A DNA stretch of 64,000 nucleotides from an uncultured delta proteobacterium (lineage in GTDB: Bacteria > Desulfobacterota > Syntrophia > Syntrophales > UBA5619): positions 224,001 to 288,000 of the forward strand of contig CAWFOM010000005.1 of the NCBI GenBank assembly GCA_963817385.1, in the 5' to 3' direction. This document shows, piece by piece, positions 29,654 to 38,248 of the stretch. The notes under the pieces were generated by a model. That model was not told the origin of the DNA. It did not search any database and worked only from the letters and a program-made list of their open reading frames with translations. A program made the position numbers and the translations under genes. Numbering within the stretch: the stretch's first letter is position 1; each line of letters starts with the position of its first letter.

Positions 29654-31388
29654 TTATTTTTTCTTCCAGTCAGTCCAGGGGTGATCCGTGACGGACGGAT
29701 CCGCCACGCGGTTGAAGACATTCAGAATCATCTTCGCCTTCGCCAACGGCTCCATTTTTTTGTCGGTGTGGACGATCAGCTTGGCACCGAACTTTTCATT
29801 ACAGAGCTTCGAGAGAGTCTCCATCGTTTTAGGGCTCCCCGTAACCGGCAAGCAGGGCCAGAAGTAGGTCGAAACGCCCATCGCCACCAGGCTCAGGGCC
29901 TCGCCCACCTCGGCGCTCCGGTGGGCCTCGGCGAAGCAGGCCAGGATCGGCAGATCGCGGACGGCCTTCTTGGATGCCGCGGCCAGGGCGAGCAGGAATT
30001 CGGTCACACCGCCGTTCTCGCTGGTGCCCAGATCGATGACGGCGGGAAGGTTCTTGCCGGCGGCCTTGAGCAGATCGGCCACGGCCTTGCCGCAGTGCTT
30101 TTCACGCTGCTTGGGATTCAGGAGGCCGTATTTCGCCAGGCTCACGCTCGCATCTCCCTCGGAGAGGCACAGGATGCCGCCATTCAGGAATTCCTGCGCC
30201 AGGGTCACAAAGGGCAGATCCTGGGTGAACTTCACATTGTTCGTCCCCGCGAGGATCGCGATCCCCTTGATCTTTCCCTTGGCGAGGGCATCGGCGATCT
30301 TCTTGACGTCGAGATTCGCTGCGGAAAGCCCCATGAGGGCGGTCTCTTTCGCCTCGGGGATGTCCCGGGCTATCGAGCGGCGGAATTCAAACGCGTCTGA
30401 CGGCCTTATCGACGATCGACTTGGCCAGGGCATCCGGGCTTTGCGCCTTGAGGACGCCCGTCGCGACAACAGATACCTGGTACTCCGCGGCGATCGCGGC
30501 CAGAGACGGGTTGACGAACTGATCACCCGTCACGATCAGATCGACGGCGCCGGTCATGAGCGGCAGCTCCTGGGAGCCGTAGCTCGTCACCGGGGCGAAC
30601 GTATAGGGCGAAAGCAGCGGATCGGTGCAGACGCCTGCGACCGTCACCTTCTTCTTGGCCGCGGCGGCGGCGATCTTCGCCTTCAGGACCGGAGAGAAAC
30701 GGCCGTAGAGCAGGATCGTCGCAGCACCAGTCTTCAGGACCCCCATGTTGACCTCGACCTCGGCCGGAGCGACGCCGAAGACCGCCTTTTTGAGTCCGCC
30801 CTGGAGCTTCTGGGCAAAGGCGCCCAAGAGCGCCGCCTTGAAGGCCCAGAAGAGCGTCTCCTCGACACCGGCGACGCCGCCTTCCACCTTCTGGGAGGCC
30901 TTGAACAGATCCTTGGCCACACCCTGCGGGCAGATCCCCACCTCTTCCCAGGCGGCGATGAGGGCCTTGGGGAAGGCCTTCTTCAAGGATGGAGCGCCGT
31001 CCTTCAGAAGGGCTTCGATTGAGGCAACAATCTTCTTCGTCTCGCCGACATTCTTGGGTTTCATCGCCCCGGAGGCGATCCCTTCCACAAAATCACTGAC
31101 CTGATCCAGGGAGGCCATGGTCCCCTTGAGGACCAGCTTCAGCAGGGTCTGGACGGCCAGGGTGTCCTTATCCTTCCCGCAAACGCCCAGCTTGTTGACG
31201 TCCCGGAAGGGGTGGCTGATGCAGGGCCCCTGGAGGCAATCCCGGCAGCTTAATCCCGATTCGCAGAAACCGCATTCGGGGAGCTGTCCCTCGAAACGGT
31301 CCCACACCAGTTTCAACCCCTTGTCTGCCGCTTTCGGCAGGAAATGCTCTGCTGCGTTATCGGCAGTCTTCTTCTGGATGAACTCCAT
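29654..31388 (-). CDS. CO dehydrogenase (CooS)/prismane-family homologue lacking C-cluster ligands; one frameshift near 30401
   Basis: N-terminal WDRFEGQLPECGFCESGLSCRDCLQGPC...GVCG; colinear CooS-like blocks (VNMGVLK, QELPLMTGAVD, IKGIAILAGTNN, LPAVIDLG); about 577 aa when rejoined. Confidence 0.8.
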
Positions 31389-31464
31389 GGTAAATCTCCT
31401 TTCTGATCCTTATCGTCCGCGACCTATTCGGTCATCGGTCAAATGGTGATTGACTCGTGTCTGA

Positions 31465-31917
31465 TTAGAATTTCTTTTTCCGATAGTCCTTCCTCTCGAC
31501 GAGGGAGAGGGCTCCAGTCGGACAAACCTCCGCGCAGATCGGATAGCCCATGTTCCGGCAGCGGTCGCACTTGATCGCCACCTTCATGGACGACGAAGGG
31601 TTGATGATTCCGAAAGGACACACCATGACGCACATCCAGCAGGCTATGCAGGTCGGCTCGTTGACGTAAACCAGTCCCGTTTCCGGATCGCGACGCATGG
31701 TCCCGTTGGGGCAGGCGTCCAGACAGGGGGCGTCCTCGCAATGCCGGCATTGCAGCGCAAACGGCTGGCCCTCTACATAGACCCGGGGCACCGGATGAGG
31801 CTCCTCGTTAATGGCCTTGGCGAGCTCCCTGGAATTGGACGCGATTTCCGTCCCGCACCAGAGTTCGCACTGATGGCATCCCGTACACTTTTGCTTGTCC
31901 ACCATTAATACTTTCAC
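31465..31917 (-). CDS. CooF/HydN-like 4Fe-4S dicluster protein
   Basis: CTGCHQCELWC, CRHCEDAPCLDACP, CIACWMCVMVCP and KCDRC...CAEVCP; GTG start with GAGGAGG RBS. Confidence 0.88.
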   Translation of the reverse strand: MKVLMVDKQKCTGCHQCELWCGTEIASNSRELAKAINEEPHPVPRVYVEGQPFALQCRHCEDAPCLDACPNGTMRRDPETGLVYVNEPTCIACWMCVMVCPFGIINPSSSMKVAIKCDRCRNMGYPICAEVCPTGALSLVERKDYRKKKF

Positions 31918-31970
31918 ATTTTCCTCCTCACTCGAAACATGGTGCTCGTTATCGAAAACGGATCCGGGCA

Positions 31971-33280
31971 TTACAGGCCCGTATCCATCAGCTCCTTGTA
32001 CTCCGGTTCGCGAAAATTTGTCGGCGTTTCTCCTGAGGATCGGCAGGAGATCCATGAAACTCAGCCGATCGCTCATCAACAGGGGAATGGAATCAGCGAC
32101 GGGGATCTGCTTCTTCAGCAGCATCGACATCAGACCGGCCTTCTGGGTATGGCCGACCAGGATCGCCCCGATGAGTTTCCCATTTCTCAGGACCAGCTTC
32201 TTATAGACATCCTTCGTCCTCACCCGGATCTCCCGGAATTCGTCATCGTCGGAGGTCATCGCGCAGGATTCGGCATGGGTCACCCCCATAGAGATGGCGG
32301 GGATCCCGATGAAGTTGCCGATGGAGTTGCGCCGGTAGGAACCGGGATACGCCGTCTTCTTGCCGGCCATGTTGAACCCGGCGATGCGGCCCTGCTCGAA
32401 GGCGCAGGGCCAGATGGCGTTGAGGAACCAGGTGTTCCGAGCGATGTCGTGGGTCTCCGCGGCATCGCCGGCGGCATAGACGTCCGGGGCGCTGGTCGCC
32501 ATGAATTCATCGACCCGGATCCCCTTCATGTCGCCGATCGTGAGTTTCGCCTGGACGGCCAGATCGATCCGCCGGACGGACACCCACCGACAGGACGACC
32601 ATGTCGCAGGGAAGCTCGCGGTTGTCGGTCACGACACCCGTGACGCGCTTGTCACCCTTGAACTTCAGGGCCTTCTCCCCGGTGATTACCTCGATCCCGA
32701 GGTCCTCGATCCGCTTGCGGACGATCTCGGCCGCCTCCGCATCGAAGACGGTCGGCATCACCTGGCCGAGCTGTTCCAGAAGGGTTGCCTTGATCCCCCG
32801 CCGGGTCAGGCTGATGCAGGCCTCGACGCCGATGGAGCCGGCGCCGATGACGACAGCCCGTTTCCCCTTCATGTTGTAGATCTTCTCCGCATCGGCCATG
32901 GTCTTCAGGGTAGAGATCCCCTCTTTGTCGATCCCCGGAATGGGCGGGACGATCGCCTTGCCGCCCGTGGCGAGCAGGAGCTTGTCGAAGGTGTATTTCT
33001 TCCCATCGGATGCCTTGACGGTCTTGGCGGTGGGGTTCAGATCGGTGACCTTCACCCCCATGTGGGGGGTCACCTTGTTCTCTTCAAAGAAATCGGACGT
33101 CCTGAAATTGAGCAACGGCTTGGAAAGCTCCTCCGCAACGTAGTACGGCAGGAGGACTCTCGAAAAGAGGGGGGTCTCTTCATCGCTGAACAGGTCGATC
33201 TGGGAATCTTTATCCAGTGACCGGATGGATTCGACGGCACTGATCGCCGCGGCGCTCCCTCCTACAATGATGTATCGCAT
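31971..33280 (-). CDS. FAD/NAD(P)-dependent oxidoreductase (NADH oxidase / NirB-N type), two frameshifts
   Basis: GGSAAA, LLLATG, VIGAGSIG and YAAGD motifs; +1 shifts near 32570 and 32010; true end FSEPEYKELMDTGL-stop at 31971. Confidence 0.85.
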
Positions 33281-33339
33281 CTTCTTCTCCTTCCTTCATT
33301 TTCTCAATGAATGGGACAATCCCGCTGACCGGCAGGATT

Positions 33340-33987
33340 TCAGTACAGGCTGTGCACCGAATAGAGGGGGAGCAGCTCCTTGAAGAGCTGAATGCCCCGG
33401 GTCACATTGTAGTTGCCGCAGGAACAGCACTCCGCCATTTCGAGGCAGCACTCCTCGATCGTTCTGCGCCCCCGTTTCACGTCGCGGACCATCTTGCGAA
33501 CCAGATCCGAGGCGATCATCGCGTGACCGCACATAGTGACCGTCTGGAGGATCTCGAAATCGGGAAGCCGGCTCGTGTTGCCCCAGGTGCCGAGGGAGTA
33601 TTCGAGGGAGTGAATCCGGCCCAGCCCCGCCTCCGTCATGCACTGCTGGACGATATCGGGAATGCCCGAGATGATGACCGAGATGCCGGGCCGGTCATCC
33701 TTGAGCTCCTTCAGGAGGGAGACGATCTTCTCCCGGTTGTCGAAGGTGCACTCGACGATCGTCCCGTCCGTCACGCGGCTCAGGATATCGTCCATCGTCG
33801 TATTGTAGATGTTGCCGGTTTTCATATCGCCCAGGTTGATCGGGCCGTGCTTGTAGCAGATGCTCAGGAACTTCTTGGTCTTGGGCGCCGAACCCTTCTT
33901 GTTGACGCCGGTCGCCGGACAGCCCAGGACGACAAAATCGTTGCTCAGGCTCTCCCGGGTTCCCCTGCGGTGCAGACTGTGTGTCAT
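33340..33987 (-). CDS. Uncharacterised Cys-motif protein, partner of the upstream Fe-S protein
   Basis: AGGAGG RBS; TMCGH and CCSCG motifs; tightly co-operonic. Confidence 0.8.
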   Translation of the reverse strand: MTHSLHRRGTRESLSNDFVVLGCPATGVNKKGSAPKTKKFLSICYKHGPINLGDMKTGNIYNTTMDDILSRVTDGTIVECTFDNREKIVSLLKELKDDRPGISVIISGIPDIVQQCMTEAGLGRIHSLEYSLGTWGNTSRLPDFEILQTVTMCGHAMIASDLVRKMVRDVKRGRRTIEECCLEMAECCSCGNYNVTRGIQLFKELLPLYSVHSLY

Positions 33988-33999
33988 GATACTCCTCCT

Positions 34000-34761
34000 T
34001 TACTGTTCTTCATCGGTGAACGTGAAGTGCGGTTCGCCCAATCCCATGTTGTTCTTGCTGTTGATGGAGTGCCACATGCCCAGCTTCTCGAAGACCGGGA
34101 CGATGGGGACTTCTCCCTTCGGCGGGACCTTCGTGATTACTTCCACGGTGAAGACCGTATCGAGCGTCTTGGCCACATCCTGGAGGATCTTGAGGACCTC
34201 GGGCAGCCTCTCCAGCTTGCACTTCCCCTCGATGATGGCCGAGGTCGCCTTTTCGTTGACCACGTCGTCGCGGAGTTTTCCCGTGGTCTTGTCGGACATG
34301 AAGTGGGTCACCGGGTTTTCCGCCGCCAGTTGATACCCGAGATCGGCCTTCATCAGCGCCATGGCCACGGTCTCGACATCCCGGAAATAGGCGCCCACCC
34401 CGGGGCGTCCCAGTTCGATGCCGACGCCCACCTCGCCGGGGAGGAAGGTGCCCTTGACGTCGTTCGTCTTCATCTCCTCCGTCCCGCGGCCGGGCGTCTG
34501 CGATCCCATGAACTCGATCATGGGATTGCTCAGAACGCCGCGCACCTCGCGGGGCCAGGGTTCTTCCGGTTGGAAAAGGGCATTCACCGGACAGATTTTG
34601 GCCCGCAGACACATCCCGCAGTCGGTGCAGGCGTCCTGGTCGATCTCGATATAGACCCTGCCGGGGATTGTGTCGTGCCTCTCGTACGTCTGGATTCTGC
34701 CCATCGGGCAATAGGGGAAACATCTCTTGCATGCTATGCACTTGTCCTTATCTGCTCTCAT
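34000..34761 (-). CDS. N-terminal 2x[4Fe-4S] ferredoxin fused to an uncharacterised domain
   Basis: CIACKRCFPYCP and CTDCGMC..ICP; C-domain with PGRGTEEMKTNDV and ELGRPG. Confidence 0.85.
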   Translation of the reverse strand: MRADKDKCIACKRCFPYCPMGRIQTYERHDTIPGRVYIEIDQDACTDCGMCLRAKICPVNALFQPEEPWPREVRGVLSNPMIEFMGSQTPGRGTEEMKTNDVKGTFLPGEVGVGIELGRPGVGAYFRDVETVAMALMKADLGYQLAAENPVTHFMSDKTTGKLRDDVVNEKATSAIIEGKCKLERLPEVLKILQDVAKTLDTVFTVEVITKVPPKGEVPIVPVFEKLGMWHSINSKNNMGLGEPHFTFTDEEQ

Positions 34762-34838
34762 ACAACCTCCTCATTTGTGTCGCGTAATATCATGCGCACG
34801 GACTTCGGCCGGAGAAACCGGACCGGACCCGGGTCTCC

Positions 34839-35519
34839 CTACATCACCTCGCGGTTGGTCTGCAGCGCGTCCTCCTTGGATTGCCGGATATGAATCCGCA
34901 TCACCCGTTCACAGAGATCCGGGTCTTTGAGCTTCAATGACAGGAGAATCTGGCGGTGGCCGTCGCTGGCCCTTTTGGCCGCGCCGAGGTATTGGAGCGT
35001 ATCTTTCCGATATCTCAGGACGTATTTTCTCATATTGACGATCATGCTGTGGAAACGGCGCTTGTCCGCAACCAGGCTGTGCAGGGTGTCGTGAAACTGG
35101 GTGTTCCACTGAAATACCTCTTCGATCCTCTTGCGCTTCAGGGCGTCATCCGCCTTATTGACGATCCCTTCGAGCATCGCAATCTGCTCTTCGGTGATCC
35201 GCTCGCAGATGATCTTGAGGGTGTATCCTTCCAGGACCGTCCGGAGTTCGAAGAGGTCCTCGATCTCCTCCGCGGAATCGCGGGGAATGCAGAACCCCCG
35301 GGATTCCAGGGGTTCGATCAATCCGTCCTGTTCGAGTTTGTGGAGGGCCTCCCGCACCGGCGTGCGGCTGACCCCGAGTTCCTCGGCGAGATGCTCCTCC
35401 GTAAGGCGTTCGCCGGAGGTAAAGCGCCCGGAAAAGATGCCGGATTTGAGATGCTCGTAGGTTTTCTCCCGGACGGAGACACCATTCTTTCTGGTCTTGC
35501 AGGATGCACTTGCCTTCAT
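34839..35519 (-). CDS. GntR family regulator (FCD domain)
   Basis: LAEELGVSRTPVREAL HTH, NTQFH and H..IL motifs; start position uncertain. Confidence 0.92.
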   Translation of the reverse strand: MKASASCKTRKNGVSVREKTYEHLKSGIFSGRFTSGERLTEEHLAEELGVSRTPVREALHKLEQDGLIEPLESRGFCIPRDSAEEIEDLFELRTVLEGYTLKIICERITEEQIAMLEGIVNKADDALKRKRIEEVFQWNTQFHDTLHSLVADKRRFHSMIVNMRKYVLRYRKDTLQYLGAAKRASDGHRQILLSLKLKDPDLCERVMRIHIRQSKEDALQTNREVM

Positions 35520-35811
35520 GATTGTATCCAAAAGTGGCGGTTTAACGAGCTGTAAGTTCCTCCTATTATATCTTAAACCGCTTGTCAAGATAATTTGTTG
35601 GCAAGTAATCATCATAATTTCATTAAAGATTAATCATTGCAGATGTTCTCCGTCATCCCGAGAAACGGATATGGCCGAATCTCTCGTCCCTGCATTTCTG
35701 GATACATTATTCCCCTTGTATCCATTATTCTCTTATGGTAAAAGTTCCCGGAACGGGGAGGATAATGTGCGCCTCCCGTATTTATCAGCGGAAAGGAGCG
35801 TTCCCATCTCA

Positions 35812-36090
35812 ATGGCTTTCAAGGTCAGCGTGGACAGAAAAAAATGTAACGGCTGCGAGGAATGCCTGGAGGTCTGCACGGCAGGCATGTTTCAGATGAA
35901 AAGCGGCAAGGCGGTGCCGGCGAATGATGGGGAATGCCTGGGCTGCGAAACCTGCATCGCAGTGTGTGACAGCCAAGCCATCGCGGTGACCGATACGCGG
36001 GTCGCACTATCGAACACCTGCCGGAGTCTTCTCAGGGCGCTGGATGAAATGGAAACGGAAACGGAAAGCCGCCCGACCGGCGGCCGTTAA
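35812..36090 (+). CDS. Ferredoxin, 2x[4Fe-4S]
   Basis: CNGCEECLEVC and CLGCETCIAVC; AAAGGAG RBS. Confidence 0.85.
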   Translation: MAFKVSVDRKKCNGCEECLEVCTAGMFQMKSGKAVPANDGECLGCETCIAVCDSQAIAVTDTRVALSNTCRSLLRALDEMETETESRPTGGR

Positions 36091-36108
36091 GAGATAAGGA
36101 GGGAAATC

Positions 36109-37765
36109 ATGCGTTCCGATGGTATGAAAAAAGGACTGGAAAGGGCCCCGCACCGCTCGCTGTTCAAGGCGCTGGGACTGACGGATCGCGAGATCGAGCG
36201 GCCGATGATCGGCATCGCCAATTCCGCCAATGAAATCATCCCCGGCCATCTCCATCTGCACCAGATCTCCGAGGCGGTCAAGGCCGGCATCCGAATGGCG
36301 GGAGGAACGCCCATCGAGTTTTCCACAATCGGGGTCTGCGACGGCATCGTCATGGGACATGAAGGAATGAAATATTCGCTGAGCTCCCGGGAACTGATCG
36401 CCGACTCGGTCGAATCCATGGTCATGGCCCACCCGTTCGACGGCCTGGTCCTCATCCCCAACTGCGACAAGATCGTCCCCGGGATGCTGATGGCCGCGGC
36501 GCGCCTCGACATCCCCTCGATCGTGATCAGCGGCGGGCCCGATGCTGACCGGCGAGTTCCAGGGGCGGAAGATCGACCTGATCACCGTCTTCGAATACGT
36601 CGGCAAGGCCAGGATCGGGGAGATGACGATGGATGAGCTCCGGGAGGCGGAGGGGTGCGCCTGTCCGGGGGTCGGTTCCTGCGCGGGGATGTTCACCGCC
36701 AACTCCATGAACTGTCTCACGGAGGCCCTGGGGATGGCGCTCCCCTACAACGGAACCATCCCGGCCGTCTGGGCGGAGCGGATCCGCCTGGCGAAGGAGA
36801 CGGGGATGCAGATCATGGAGCTGGTGAATCGGGACCTCAGGCCTTCCGCGATCCTGACCGCCGAGACGTTCGCAAACGCCCTCACCGTGGATCTGGCCTT
36901 CGGGGGTTCGACCAACACCTCGCTCCACCTGCCGGCCATCGCCAAGGAGGCGGGCGTGCCGCTTACCCTCAATACGTTCAACGCCTTCAGCGACAAAACC
37001 CCGCACCTCTGCTTCATGTCCCCCGGCGGACCCCATCACCTCTCGGATCTCCACCAGGCAGGCGGCATTCCCGCCCTCATGCAGGAGCTCTCCCGCGGCG
37101 GCCTGATCAACGCGGGGGCGCAGACGGTCACGGGAAAGACGGTCGGTGAAAACCTCGCCGGGAAGCGTGTCATGAACCCCGAGGTGATCCACCCCCTGGA
37201 GAATCCCTACCACGCGACGGGCGGCCTGGCCGTCCTCTTCGGAAACCTCGCCCCCGAAGGCGCCGTCGTCAAGCGCTCCGCCGTGGACGATGACATGCTT
37301 AAGCACACGGGGCCGGCCCGCGTCTTCGACGCGGAGGAGCCGGCCATGCAGGCCATCATGGATGGAAAGATCAACAAAGGGGATGTCGTCGTCATCCGGT
37401 ATGAAGGGCCGAAGGGCGGCCCCGGCATGCGGGAGATGCTCTCTCCGACCTCCGCCATCGTCGGCATCGGCCGGGACCGGGACGTTGCACTCCTCACGGA
37501 CGGCCGCTTCTCGGGCGGCAGCCGCGGCGCGGCGATCGGCCACATCTCCCCGGAGGCGGCCGAAGGGGGCCCCATCGCCGCGGTCCGGGAAGGCGACCGG
37601 ATCGAGATCGACATCCCCGCAAAAAAACTGAATCTCCTTATCTCCGAAGACGAGATGAAGAAGCGTCTCGCCCTCTGGAAGCCGGTCAAGAGAGAGCTGA
37701 AGGGCTACCTGAAACGGTATGCCCAACTCGTCCGCTCCGCCCACACCGGGGCAACGTTCGAGTAA
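36109..37765 (+). CDS. ilvD: Dihydroxy-acid dehydratase, +1 frameshift near 36540
   Basis: [41 protein letters not shown] and TDGRFSG motifs. Confidence 0.92.
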
Positions 37766-37849
37766 CGGCTTTTCCGTCACGCAGCATCCCAACGGCGGAT
37801 GCAAAAACGGCATCACCACTGAAGCCTTCTGCGTATTTACCAGGGGGCT

Positions 37850-38031
37850 TCAGCGGGCGCTTATCAGTTCTTCCCTTACACCGCGGCGAAGTGTTGCTTC
37901 GAGCTCTTCCTGCTGGATCGCCTGTTAAGCGCCGCCTCGTTCCCGCCCACAAACACCAGATGTCTTTTTGAAATCAAGGCCGTACCTCTTCAGATTTAAT
38001 TACCGCTTTTTTCGTCCCAGGTGAATCGCAT
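37850..38031 (-). pseudogene. Internally deleted BrnT/BrnA-type toxin-antitoxin remnant
   Basis: Begins MRFTWDEK.., then LNLKRYGLDF (BrnT-like N-terminus, broken); ends EELEATLRRGVREELISAR-stop (antitoxin-like tail). Confidence 0.5.
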
Positions 38032-38248
38032 CAATCATTTCTGTTAGAATACATCGTGCAATTCAATTTAGGTTCATCCGGTGATGGGTGCTTCCGGAAC
38101 TCAATGATGGACGGATTTTGAGAATTATGCGAGAGTACAAACGGTAATTCCTGAAATACTGTGGCACCACCAGGAAGCCATGAGGTAAAAGGAGAAAACA
38201 AACTTCCGCCTATAGTATTGGAAGAACCCATATTTAATAGGGGGAACC

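Noticed and set aside
29654..31388. Calling this gene a functional CO dehydrogenase (cooS) or hybrid-cluster protein (hcp)
   Set aside because: The C-cluster ligands appear substituted and no maturase is nearby; the N-terminus is CooS-type rather than HCP-type.
31465..32583. Apparent fusion of the FAD oxidoreductase C-terminus with a CooF-like ferredoxin (372-aa ORF)
   Set aside because: A +1 shift near 32010 hides the real stop at 31971, and CooF has its own GAGGAGG RBS and GTG start at 31917.
35520..35610. GntR operator and promoter (TTGTATCCAA next to the start, TTGACA upstream)
   Set aside because: Only one imperfect dyad, and the -35/-10 spacing does not fit.
36520..36560. Programmed frameshifting in ilvD or the other split genes
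   Set aside because: No slippery heptamer or shared signal at the shift sites; sequencing error is more parsimonious.
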